A stretch of 37,958 bases of DNA from Pseudomonadota bacterium (GCA_009925685.1 RFYG01000003.1:1-37958), one strand, 5' to 3'. Shown: positions 29,574 through 37,957, counted from the first letter of the stretch. A program made the numbers and translations. The notes: generated by a model from the letters alone, not told the origin.

Positions 29574-30113
29574 TTAATTTATTGCCGATAGACACTCTTT
29601 TTGAATTTGCTCTAAATGATTTTTGAGGCTAGCATCAATAACTTTTGAACCGATTTTAATTTGCAAGCCACCAAGAATTTTTGGAGATAGAGTATGTTTT
29701 AAAAGAATTTTTTTATCGGGATAGGATTTTTCAAGAAGAATTTTAATATTTTCTATGTTTAAACCTACAGTAGAAACAACCTCAACCTCAAGAATTTTTT
29801 TATAATCGCGAGCCATTCTGTTAAATTCTTCGTGGATTTCTGGAAAAAGATTCAGGCGACGATTTTTGACAATTGAAGCAAAGAAATTGGAGGTTAGGTT
29901 GCCTAATTTGAATCTTGAAGTGACCTCATTAATAATTTTGATCATGTCATTTTTTGAAATTACTGGGTTTTTTAATTCCTGCGCAAAACTGTTGCTAAAG
30001 TTTTTTCTAAAAACTTCGAGTTCTTCGGAGATTTTGTCGATTGAGTTGTTGTTTTTTGATGCTAGAAATAAAGTTTTAGCATATGTTTTGGCGATTACTG
30101 ATACTCTAGGCAT
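29574..30113 (-). CDS. atpH: ATP synthase F1 delta subunit
   Basis: IAKTYAKTLF, ILGGLQIKIGSKVIDASL; upstream of atpA. Confidence 0.93.
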   Translation of the reverse strand: MPRVSVIAKTYAKTLFLASKNNNSIDKISEELEVFRKNFSNSFAQELKNPVISKNDMIKIINEVTSRFKLGNLTSNFFASIVKNRRLNLFPEIHEEFNRMARDYKKILEVEVVSTVGLNIENIKILLEKSYPDKKILLKHTLSPKILGGLQIKIGSKVIDASLKNHLEQIQKECLSAIN

Positions 30114-30299
30114 TGTATAATGGGTTTAGGATTGTTAATTGGTTATTAAGCAGTGATAAAAATAAAATAATCCCAGTTTCAATGAAATATTAAAACTGTA
30201 AAAATTTTTAAAATATTAAGCTAATAACGAGAATTTTTTTAAGAGAATTTTTTATATTTTATTGACACGAAAAATAAAATGCAATGGCACCATATAAAT

Positions 30300-30995
30300 T
30301 TATTTTGGACTTAAATTATCAGTATTTTTAGCTTTAAATCCTTGAGCAACTAAATAGGTTTCAGATGAATCTTTTCGTGATGAATCGGGTTTAAAATATT
30401 TAACTTTAGTAAAATTTTCTCTAAGTAATTTTAAAACTCCCTCTGAACTACCACCTTGGAAGATTTTTCCTACAAAGCTTCCGTTGTTTTTTAAAATTTT
30501 GTTAGCGAGTTTTAGCGATTGTTCCAATAAATCAATAATTCTTAAATGGTCAGTATTATGGTCACCAGTAGTGTTTGAGGCCATATCGCTTAAAACTAAA
30601 TCGCAATGACCATTTTTATTAAATTTAATTTTTTTTAATTCGTTAATAATTTTCTCGTCGGCATCTTTTTCTAAAAAATCAAGTTGTAAAAAATTAACTC
30701 CCGCAATTGGAGGAATTTCGAGTAAATCAATAGCCACAATGTTTCCCATGCCAACTTTTTCGACGCAATATTGGCTCCATCCACCGGGGGCGCATCCCAA
30801 ATCAACCACAATTTTATTTTTTTTGAATAGATTAAATTTTTTATCAATCTCGATGATTTTGAATGTTGCTCTAGATCTCCAGCCCTCAATTTTTGCTCTT
30901 TCAACAAATGGGTCATTCACTTGGCGTAAAAGCCATTTTTGGGATGATTTTGAAAATTTTTTGCTTTTCTTTAAAGTTTGGAATTTTTGGGGCAT
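30300..30995 (-). CDS. rlmE: 23S rRNA Um2552 methyltransferase
   Basis: WL.RQ.NDPFV, RSRATFK, DLGCAPGGW, SDMA, KPDSSRKDSSE.Y. Confidence 0.96.
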   Translation of the reverse strand: MPQKFQTLKKSKKFSKSSQKWLLRQVNDPFVERAKIEGWRSRATFKIIEIDKKFNLFKKNKIVVDLGCAPGGWSQYCVEKVGMGNIVAIDLLEIPPIAGVNFLQLDFLEKDADEKIINELKKIKFNKNGHCDLVLSDMASNTTGDHNTDHLRIIDLLEQSLKLANKILKNNGSFVGKIFQGGSSEGVLKLLRENFTKVKYFKPDSSRKDSSETYLVAQGFKAKNTDNLSPK

Positions 30996-31029
30996 GAGGA
31001 ATATTTGGGATTTAAATTATTTTAAAAAT

Positions 31030-31242
31030 CTAATCTAGTTTACGAGCTTTGTCAATCAACATAATCGCTATGCCGTCAATAATTGGATAAGACAATTTTG
31101 ATTCTAAACTTATTAGTTTTTGATCTTTTGAGTCGTAAACTAATTTAGATTTTGATTGCGGGCATCGTAAAATTTCTAAAATTTTGGGATTAAAATTATT
31201 TTTAGGTGAATTATTGGAATTTTTTATCATGGTAAATTTCAA
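31030..31242 (-). CDS. Trm112/YcaR family protein
   Basis: LEILRCP.SK..L, YPIIDGIAIML...AR; true start may be downstream (e.g. 31230). Confidence 0.88.
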   Translation of the reverse strand: MKFTMIKNSNNSPKNNFNPKILEILRCPQSKSKLVYDSKDQKLISLESKLSYPIIDGIAIMLIDKARKLD

Positions 31243-31251
31243 TTTATGAAC

Positions 31252-31279
31252 TTGATTTTGTTATTGCTCTCAATAAGCT
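31252..31279 (+). promoter_or_regulatory. possible promoter for tRNA-Pro/speB
   Basis: TTGATT, 16 bp spacer, TAAGCT. Confidence 0.3.
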
Positions 31280-31339
31280 TAAGGCGCATTAAAATTGCTT
31301 AATCATATTAGTCCTTTTCTTAAATTAAATTAAAAATTT

Positions 31340-31416
31340 CGGGGTGTAGCGCAGCCTGGTAGCGCACAAGGCTGGGGGTCTTGTGGTCGCTGGTTCAAAT
31401 CCAGTCACCCCGACCA
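31340..31416 (+). tRNA. tRNA-Pro (GGG)
   Basis: CGGGGTG/CACCCCG acceptor stem, anticodon arm CAAGG-CTGGGGG-TCTTG, GGTTCAAAT T-loop, encoded CCA; 77 nt. Confidence 0.97.
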
Positions 31417-31435
31417 ATATTTTATCATAAAACTT

Positions 31436-32428
31436 ATGACAAACAAAAAAAAATTATCTTTAAAAACTTCAAAAAAAACATTGGGTTCGATAGCTACCAA
31501 ATCCCAAAAAAAATTATTTAATTCATTTGATTTTGTTGCGCAAAAAAATGGTTTTCTTGGTATTGAAGAGAGTTATCTAAATTCACCCCAAGACGCTAAA
31601 GTTGTGGTTGTGCCCTTCGGTCTTGAAAAATCAGTTAGTTACGGTGGTGGAACTAAAAATGGTCCGCAAGCTATTATCAAAGCTTCGCATCAAGCCGAAT
31701 TATTTGATGAAGAATTTTGGTGTGAACCATTCAGGCAATATGGTGTCGCCACAATGAAAGCGCCGAAAATTGATTATAACTCAGTCGCTAAATCTCTTGA
31801 CCAGCTCGAAAATATTACTGAGGCGTTAATTGACGCCGATAAATTCCCGTTAATTCTTGGTGGCGAGCATTCTATAACTGCCGGTTCAATTCGTCCCTTC
31901 GTAAAAAAATATCCTGATTTGGCGATTTTACATTTTGATGCCCACGCTGATTTACGAGATGGCTACGACGGTGAACATTTTTCTCATGCTTCGGCGCTTC
32001 GAAGAGTAATGGATCACCCAATTTCAACGCTAATTTCATGCGGTATTCGCAATATTTCGGCTTCGGAAATTCCTTATCTCGAAAATAATTCAAAGCGCAT
32101 CACTATTCATTTTGCCAAGGATAAGCATGAGTGGGATTATAAAAAAATCGTGGCACCTCTTAAAGGTCGCAATGTTTTTTTAACTTTTGATATTGATGGT
32201 TTTGATTCGGGAATTATGCAAGCTACCGGAACCCCAGAGCCGGGCGGTCTTTTGTGGTATGATGCAATTAATATTATCAAAGAAGCTTCAAAAATTTGTA
32301 ATTTTGTTGGAGCCGATGTTGTTGAGTTGGCGCCGGTTAAAAGCCTTCACTCATGTGATTTTTTGACCGCTAAATTATGCTATAAAATTTTATCTTTTGC
32401 CTTAGCCAAACCCAAAAAAAAATTTTAA
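31436..32428 (+). CDS. speB: agmatinase (ureohydrolase family)
   Basis: GGEHSI, HFDAHADLRD, TFDIDGFD, TGTPEPGGL. Confidence 0.88.
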   Translation: MTNKKKLSLKTSKKTLGSIATKSQKKLFNSFDFVAQKNGFLGIEESYLNSPQDAKVVVVPFGLEKSVSYGGGTKNGPQAIIKASHQAELFDEEFWCEPFRQYGVATMKAPKIDYNSVAKSLDQLENITEALIDADKFPLILGGEHSITAGSIRPFVKKYPDLAILHFDAHADLRDGYDGEHFSHASALRRVMDHPISTLISCGIRNISASEIPYLENNSKRITIHFAKDKHEWDYKKIVAPLKGRNVFLTFDIDGFDSGIMQATGTPEPGGLLWYDAINIIKEASKICNFVGADVVELAPVKSLHSCDFLTAKLCYKILSFALAKPKKKF

Positions 32429-32463
32429 TCCCTAAAAAATTTCAATTAGATCAATAAATTTAA

Positions 32464-33492
32464 GTGTTAATAAAAAAATCTAAATCAGACTTCATAAACG
32501 GTATTAAAATCGAAAAAGGTAAGCGCTACCGGATTAATCTCGATATGGGTAGAATGCACGATTTTACTGATCTGAAAATGCCAATCGAAGTTGTTTCCGG
32601 CAAAAAAGATGGCCCCACCATTTTTATTTGTTCAACTATTCATGGCGACGAAATTAATGGTATCGAAATAGTTAGGACTTTACTCGACTTGATCGATATA
32701 AAAACTATGGCGGGTAAGCTTATTGCCATCCCGATTGTCAATATTTTTGGCTTTAACGACCATTCGCGATATTTGCCAGATCGACGTGATTTAAATCGTT
32801 GTTTTCCGGGTATTAAAAATGGTTCTTTGGCATCGCAACTTGCTTATAAATTTATGCAAGAAATTGTTTTAAAATCAGATTTTGGTATTGATATACATAG
32901 CGGTTCTTTACATCGTATTAATTTTCCACAAATTAGAACTGATATGGAAAATAATGTTGATCTCGAGTTGGCAAAAGTTTTTAACGCGCCGGCCATAGTT
33001 AATTCAAATCTTCGCGATGGCTCTCTTCGAAACGCCGGTTCCCAAGCCAATATTCCAATTATAGTTTATGAAGCTGGTGAAATTTTGAGGTTTGATCAAG
33101 AAGCTGTCAAAATTGGTCTCAGAGGAATTTTTAATGTCATGAAAAAAATCGGCATGATTTCAAAAATTCCATCAAAATTAGAGTTTAAAAACAAAAATCA
33201 AATTTTTTTAGCGCGATCTAGTTCTTGGATTAGAGCTTCTCAAAGTGGAATTTTTTTGGCAAATGTAAAATTGGGTGACAAAATTAAAAAATCCCAAATT
33301 CTTGGTACGATTTCGAATCCTTTTGGCGAAAATAAGTTTGATATTATTGCTGGCGATGACGGGTTAGTTATTGGCCTGACAATGATGCCATTGGTCAATA
33401 AGGGTGACGCTTTGCTTCATTTAGCTTCGTCTAAAAAACTGACAGTCAAAGAAAATTTTACCAATGATTCGCAAAATTTAGTGATGGATTAA
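32464..33492 (+). CDS. succinylglutamate desuccinylase/aspartoacylase (M14) family deacylase
   Basis: HGDE, DLNRCFPG, DIHSG, YEAGE zinc-peptidase motifs; GTG start. Confidence 0.9.
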   Translation: MLIKKSKSDFINGIKIEKGKRYRINLDMGRMHDFTDLKMPIEVVSGKKDGPTIFICSTIHGDEINGIEIVRTLLDLIDIKTMAGKLIAIPIVNIFGFNDHSRYLPDRRDLNRCFPGIKNGSLASQLAYKFMQEIVLKSDFGIDIHSGSLHRINFPQIRTDMENNVDLELAKVFNAPAIVNSNLRDGSLRNAGSQANIPIIVYEAGEILRFDQEAVKIGLRGIFNVMKKIGMISKIPSKLEFKNKNQIFLARSSSWIRASQSGIFLANVKLGDKIKKSQILGTISNPFGENKFDIIAGDDGLVIGLTMMPLVNKGDALLHLASSKKLTVKENFTNDSQNLVMD

Positions 33493-34280
33493 TGGCTGTT
33501 TTTTTGAAGCTCTTGCGCCCTAAAATATTCTCTAGTTTTAATAATTTTAACAAATCTTGAAAAGGCATATAAGTAACTGTAAGTAATGCCGTCGATCCCA
33601 TAAATAAAATAGCGACGTATTATATAAGCTTTTAAAAATGCCATCGATGGCGAAAATAATGCTTTAAAATATGATGGGCATCGACCTTTATTAAAGCTAT
33701 CAAGTGCTTGCATAGATGAGTATGAATTTATTTTATCAATCCAATGTTTAAAATCCCGAAAAGATTGATGAAAAATAATATTTTTTAGTTGAAGAATTTT
33801 AGAATTATTTTTATTCCTAACCACTACAGAATCATGAACTGAGCTATCTTTAAAACCAGCTAAATCTTTGCGGTAAAGTCTGAGTTGATTGTAAAAATAA
33901 GCTAATTTTTTGGGGTGTTTTTCAAAACGAAATTTATTGACGATTTTAACCTTAAAACCGGCGATATTTTCTGCAATTGGTTGATTAAAAGTGGATTTAA
34001 TTTCTTGAGTAAGTTCATGAGAAATTTCTTCATCAGCATCGATGTTTAAAACCCAATTATTTCGACATAAATTTTCGCCAAAAATTTTTTGCAAACCATA
34101 ACCCTTCCACTCGTTAAAAACTACTTTGGCACCACAGGATTCAGCAATTGCAGTGGTTTTATCGCTACTTCCAGAATCGATAACTATAATTTCATCGGCA
34201 ATTTCTTTGCACGCCAAAATTATTGTAGCGATTCGATCTTCTTCATTTTTGGTAATAATAAAAACTGAAATTGGATTCAT
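33489..34280 (-). CDS. glycosyltransferase family 2 (KdtX/WaaE-like, LPS core)
   Basis: ISVFIITKNEE, IDSGSSDKT, W.GYG.QK, LNIDADE; 4-bp stop overlap (TTAA) with the convergent gene. Confidence 0.9.
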   Translation of the reverse strand: MNPISVFIITKNEEDRIATIILACKEIADEIIVIDSGSSDKTTAIAESCGAKVVFNEWKGYGLQKIFGENLCRNNWVLNIDADEEISHELTQEIKSTFNQPIAENIAGFKVKIVNKFRFEKHPKKLAYFYNQLRLYRKDLAGFKDSSVHDSVVVRNKNNSKILQLKNIIFHQSFRDFKHWIDKINSYSSMQALDSFNKGRCPSYFKALFSPSMAFLKAYIIRRYFIYGIDGITYSYLYAFSRFVKIIKTREYFRAQELQKNSH

Positions 34281-34367
34281 AAATTTGTTGATTTAATTTT
34301 GGGCCAACAATATTCTTCGCGACATCATTTTCAATTTATTTTTCTAATAAATTTCTCATCAAAAATT

Positions 34368-35150
34368 ATGAAAAAACTTGCTAAGAAAAAGCTTATTATT
34401 TTGGCTTCGGTGGTTGCTCTTATTGGTTTTGGGGCTTTAGTTGTAAACAATTATAAAACTAAAACATCTTTTAAATACTCAAACAAAAGTGCCGAAGATC
34501 TCAAGCCCCAACAAAATCCGCAAGATCCGGTTAATAGTGCCATAATTGAAGACGCTAAAGCTCAAGATGAATTGCGAAAAAACAGTGAACTACTCAAAAT
34601 TCTTCCCGAAGATTATGTTATCGGCGATAAAAATGCTCCAGTTATAATGATCGAATACGCCTCTTTGTCGTGTCCGCATTGCGCTACTTTTGTGCGTGAG
34701 TCATATGAAAAGCTCAAGAACGAATATTTTGATTCTGGTAAAGTTGCTTTTATTTTTCGTAATTTTCCACTCAATCACCCAGCCCTTGCTGGAGCCATGC
34801 TTGCTGAGTGTCAAGCTCAAGATAATCCACAAAATTCGGCTGAAAAATATTATAGTGTGATAAAAATTTTGTTTAGAACTCAAGATAGTTGGGCTTTTGA
34901 TCAAAAATTTATCGAAAAACTAGAATCGATTTTTAAACTTGACGGCATGAGTTCAGAAAGATTTAGCGCTTGCGTAAACAACAAATCCTTGCAAGAAAAA
35001 ATTCTTAAACATCGCATGGAAGTTGCTAAGTCCCTCTTCATAAAATCAACGCCAAGTTTTTTTGTTAATGGCGAAGCTTCCGAAGGTTATATTGATTATG
35101 TTACTTTAAAAAAATTGATCGACAAAAAATTAGAAGAATCTAAAAAATAG
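34368..35150 (+). CDS. DsbA/thioredoxin-like oxidoreductase
   Basis: N-terminal TM, G...AP...IEYASLSCPHC, FRNFPL, cis-Pro STPSFFVNG. Confidence 0.92.
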   Translation: MKKLAKKKLIILASVVALIGFGALVVNNYKTKTSFKYSNKSAEDLKPQQNPQDPVNSAIIEDAKAQDELRKNSELLKILPEDYVIGDKNAPVIMIEYASLSCPHCATFVRESYEKLKNEYFDSGKVAFIFRNFPLNHPALAGAMLAECQAQDNPQNSAEKYYSVIKILFRTQDSWAFDQKFIEKLESIFKLDGMSSERFSACVNNKSLQEKILKHRMEVAKSLFIKSTPSFFVNGEASEGYIDYVTLKKLIDKKLEESKK

Positions 35151-35153
35151 TTA

Positions 35154-35918
35154 ATGTCTGCTAAAATCGAAATCAAAAACCTGCACAAAAATTTTTCTAA
35201 AAAAGAGGTTCTTAGTGGAGTTGACCTAAGTGTTGATAAGTCTAGCTCGTTGGTAATATTGGGGGGTTCTGGCAGTGGTAAATCTGTATTAATCAAAATA
35301 ATTTCTGGTCTTATTGAGCCTAGTTCCGGTTCTATAAATATTGATGGTCAAAATATTTTATCTTTTAATTCAAAACAAAAAGATGAATTGATGCAAAAAA
35401 TTGGGTTTTTATTTCAAGGCGGTGCTCTATTTGATTCTCTTAGTGTCTGGGAAAATGTGGCCTTTCGTCTTATTCACCACCAAAAAATATCAAAGTTTGA
35501 TGCCAAGAAAATTGCTATTTCAAAACTAAATTCGGTTGGATTGAGTCAAAAAACCGCGGATTTATTGCCTTCCGAGCTTTCGGGCGGAATGCAAAAAAGA
35601 GTTTCTTTGGCCAGAGTAATTGCTTCTAATCCAGAAATTATTTTCTTTGATGAACCAACAACCGGACTCGATCCCATCATGGCCGATGTAATAAATGATT
35701 TAATAATTGCTAATTCCAAAGAGCTTGGCGCTACAACGATTACAATCACTCACGATATGCATTCTGCGCGCAAAATTTCCGATAAAATCGCTATGTTGTA
35801 TGAGGGGAAAATCATTTGGTGCGGAGATATAAAAGATCTCGATAATTCGGGTAACCCTTTTGTGGATCAATTCATTAACGGAAGAGCTAAAGGACCAATA
35901 AATTTTCTTCAAAAATAG
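35154..35918 (+). CDS. mlaF: MlaF/Mkl-type ABC transporter ATPase
   Basis: GGSGSGKS, LFQGGALFDS, ELSGGMQKRV, DEPTTGLDP, NPFVDQF..G...GP. Confidence 0.85.
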   Translation: MSAKIEIKNLHKNFSKKEVLSGVDLSVDKSSSLVILGGSGSGKSVLIKIISGLIEPSSGSINIDGQNILSFNSKQKDELMQKIGFLFQGGALFDSLSVWENVAFRLIHHQKISKFDAKKIAISKLNSVGLSQKTADLLPSELSGGMQKRVSLARVIASNPEIIFFDEPTTGLDPIMADVINDLIIANSKELGATTITITHDMHSARKISDKIAMLYEGKIIWCGDIKDLDNSGNPFVDQFINGRAKGPINFLQK

Positions 35919-36021
35919 CAATTTCTCGTTTTTCGGTGAGTTATTTTCTTAAATCCTCTAAAATATTTAGTACGATTTTAATTGTAAAAACCCTAAAATT
36001 ATAATTTTGATTTGAGATTTG

Positions 36022-36095
36022 AGTGGTGCCCGAAAGTGGTGCCCGAAAGTGGTGCCCGAAAGTGGTGCCCGAAAGTGGTGCCCGAAAGTGGTGCC
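36022..36095 (-). repeat. 13-bp perfect tandem repeat (5 copies plus a partial) at the tRNA-Phe 3' end
   Basis: AGTGGTGCCCGAA at 36022, 36035, 36048, 36061, 36074; partial AGTGGTGCC at 36087 overlaps the tRNA 3' end. Confidence 0.95.
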
Positions 36096-36164
36096 TAGAG
36101 GCGGAATCGAACCACCGACACAAGGATTTTCAGTCCTTTGCTCTACCGACTGAGCTATCTAGGC
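36089..36164 (-). tRNA. tRNA-Phe (GAA)
   Basis: GCCTAGA/TCTAGGC acceptor stem, AAGGA-CTGAAAA-TCCTT anticodon arm, GGTTCGATT, encoded CCA; 76 nt. Confidence 0.97.
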
Positions 36165-36171
36165 TTAATTA

Positions 36172-36330
36172 TTGAAAACTTTAAGAAAGTTTTCCCCTGA
36201 AGACGTGGGTGAAATTAAAAACCTTAGAGCCAATGGTCTTTCGTATAGAAAGATTGCGGAAAGGTTTAACTGCGCTCACGTAGCCATTTATCAAATCCTT
36301 AAGGGTGGAACCTATCAGGATCTGAGCTAG
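36172..36330 (+). pseudogene. 52-codon HTH fragment resembling the C-terminal DNA-binding domain of phage HNH endonucleases
   Basis: LKTLRKFSPEDVGEIKNLRANGLSYRKIAERFNCAHVAIYQILKGGTYQDLS*; not in the ORF track; TTG only, in-frame stop at 36166. Confidence 0.6.
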
Positions 36331-36344
36331 CTATCGATAAACAT

Positions 36345-36450
36345 GTTGGTATTCAGCGTAGGGTTTAGCTGAACCAGGATCTGGAAGATCCGTGGAACAG
36401 TGGGCTTGAGTTTCCTCGGTACCACTGTGGGCCTGGAACTTCCGTCCCAT
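36345..36450 (-). ncRNA. candidate structured leader RNA
   Basis: series of hairpins including two GNRA-capped stems (GGGAC-GGAA-GUUCC; GAG-GAAA-CUC inside ACAGUGG/CCACUGU). Confidence 0.4.
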
Positions 36451-36457
36451 TGAAAAA

Positions 36458-36466
36458 ATTATAGCA
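36458..36466 (-). promoter_or_regulatory. extended -10 promoter
   Basis: TGCTATAAT on the minus strand, perfect TGn-TATAAT. Confidence 0.55.
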
Positions 36467-36487
36467 ACACTTTATCAATCCGGATTA

Positions 36488-36760
36488 TTAAGCTTCCGGA
36501 TTTACCATGACGGGATAATTGTATCCATCGAGCATATTGCCAGCAGAATACATCATTGGGGCCATGGAGCCCATAGCACGGTAAGGATTCACATAACCAT
36601 CTGCAGGTTGCATATCGATACGTGCTGCTTGAATCTCAGGATCGATTGCCCCGCCACCAGCTGCTTTCATAGCCAGCATCGCCCCAGCAGCCTGGGCTTC
36701 TGCTTGTTGCTTACGCTCAGCCGACTTCTTGACGGCCTTTTTAGCTTTAGATTTGTTCAT
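36488..36760 (-). CDS. phage-like hypothetical protein
   Basis: 90 aa, Lys-rich N-terminus; TAATG coupling with the upstream ORF. Confidence 0.75.
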   Translation of the reverse strand: MNKSKAKKAVKKSAERKQQAEAQAAGAMLAMKAAGGGAIDPEIQAARIDMQPADGYVNPYRAMGSMAPMMYSAGNMLDGYNYPVMVNPEA

Positions 36761-37194
36761 TAGCGGCGACCTTTTTTCTGAGGCATAGGAGGTTGAATTC
36801 CTAACGGAAGGGGCGGGACGAGCGGCATTGCCCGCATCACCATGTATTGCTCATTGGTGAACGCTAAGTTTTGCGCATTCTCAGCAGCTTTTTGGAACTG
36901 CGGAGCAAGCAAACCATTTCGAGGAAGTGGGGATCCGGGCAGGTTCAATTTGAGGTACGCCGAATCAAGATCCTGGGGCATTTTGGGTTGCGGCGCGTTT
37001 GGATCACCAATAACCGGAGCAGTCGCTGCGCGAATCGCAGCATACTCATCCATATTCCCAGATTGAAGTTGACGGGCAGTATCCCCCGCACCAAACATCA
37101 CAAGTCCGGGAGCGCCAATAGGACCACCAGCAGTCCCGAAATTAGCGAGAAACTGAGCGGCTCTATCCCCAGCACTTGCTTTTTTTGATGCCAT
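36760..37194 (-). CDS. phage-like hypothetical protein
   Basis: 144 aa, Pro/Ala-rich; AAGGA RBS upstream. Confidence 0.75.
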   Translation of the reverse strand: MASKKASAGDRAAQFLANFGTAGGPIGAPGLVMFGAGDTARQLQSGNMDEYAAIRAATAPVIGDPNAPQPKMPQDLDSAYLKLNLPGSPLPRNGLLAPQFQKAAENAQNLAFTNEQYMVMRAMPLVPPLPLGIQPPMPQKKGRR

Positions 37195-37210
37195 AACAAA
37201 TCCTTTTTAA

Positions 37211-37239
37211 ATAAAAAGGGGCAGCGTTTGCTACCCCTT
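37211..37239 (-). terminator. intrinsic terminator-like hairpin
   Basis: AAGGGGTAGC-AAAC-GCTGCCCCTT followed by TTTATTT. Confidence 0.6.
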
Positions 37240-37297
37240 ATTCTACGTTTAGTTAATTTGTTCAAAAACAGACGAATAATCGGATTTTTTCCGATTA

Positions 37298-37957
37298 TCA
37301 CTCCATAACCAGGAGCTTCTGGCGGAACACTTCAGGATTCTGCTGAGCGGCGTTCAGATAGCGCCAGGCGTTGGAGGGATCGCGCTCGGCCAGGGAGCCG
37401 AAGCTGTTCCAGAAATCGATGGGGTTACCCTGAGCCTGGGGCTGAGGGGGAACCGGCATCTCGGGACGTTGAGGAGCAACGGGACGCTGGAATTGCTGAC
37501 CAACTGCCTGAACCTGCTGGGGAGCGGCGTAACCGATCTCTTCATCGGGAATCGGATAGGGGCCGTTCTCACCGAAGAACTCACAGGTGTAATCAGCAAG
37601 CACGTCTGGATCAGTCAGGATGGTCTCATAAGCTTTGTGCTCATTCGAGAGTTCCTGAAGCAGGTTGACGGCTTCGATCAGCTGGTTGTTGGTGGTGATC
37701 AGAGCATCTTCCAGTTGGCAAGCGTAGTTATTGAGGATCGCCGGAACATCGGGACCGAAATGATCAATAACCTCAAGACTTGCTTCGCTTACCCCGTTTG
37801 CTCGGAGCTGCTGGGGGCTGATTTCCAGCGAAGTTTGGGAAGAGCCGTTGGAGTAAGCCTGGCTGTTGTTGATCCCAGGCATAGAGGTCGGCATCCCCGC
37901 GTTGCTGTACTGGGGAGCCTGCTGGGAAGCGTAGCTGGCCGGGTCGATTTGAGGGCT
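37298..37957 (-). CDS. phage-like protein, possible capsid scaffold (5' truncated by window)
   Basis: frame stays open beyond 37894 to the window edge (SPQIDPASYASQQAPQYSNAG-MPTS...); Q/P-rich termini, central coiled coil. Confidence 0.7.
   Translation of the reverse strand, partial: SPQIDPASYASQQAPQYSNAGMPTSMPGINNSQAYSNGSSQTSLEISPQQLRANGVSEASLEVIDHFGPDVPAILNNYACQLEDALITTNNQLIEAVNLLQELSNEHKAYETILTDPDVLADYTCEFFGENGPYPIPDEEIGYAAPQQVQAVGQQFQRPVAPQRPEMPVPPQPQAQGNPIDFWNSFGSLAERDPSNAWRYLNAAQQNPEVFRQKLLVME

Noticed and set aside
984-35921. Many 60-136 aa ORFs nested in or antisense to housekeeping genes
   Set aside because: Overlap well-supported CDSs and show no motifs
36022-36095. Repeat array as a CRISPR
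   Set aside because: 13-bp units are contiguous with no spacers, and no cas genes are present
35941-36123. 60-aa ORF with repeated HHFRAPLSGTT
   Set aside because: Translation of the tRNA and the tandem repeat; not a gene
36089-36200. Classical prophage att site at tRNA-Phe
   Set aside because: Foreign DNA is 5' of the tRNA, there is no integrase, and it begins mid-gene
36345-36450. Hammerhead ribozyme or glutamine riboswitch in the leader
   Set aside because: No CUGAUGA core; only a short GACGGAAGU resemblance without the rest of the glnA motif
36842-37599. Overlapping alternative ORFs in the phage-like segment (36842, 36871, 37098, 37354)
   Set aside because: Shadows of the co-directional minus-strand genes, which have RBS or coupling support
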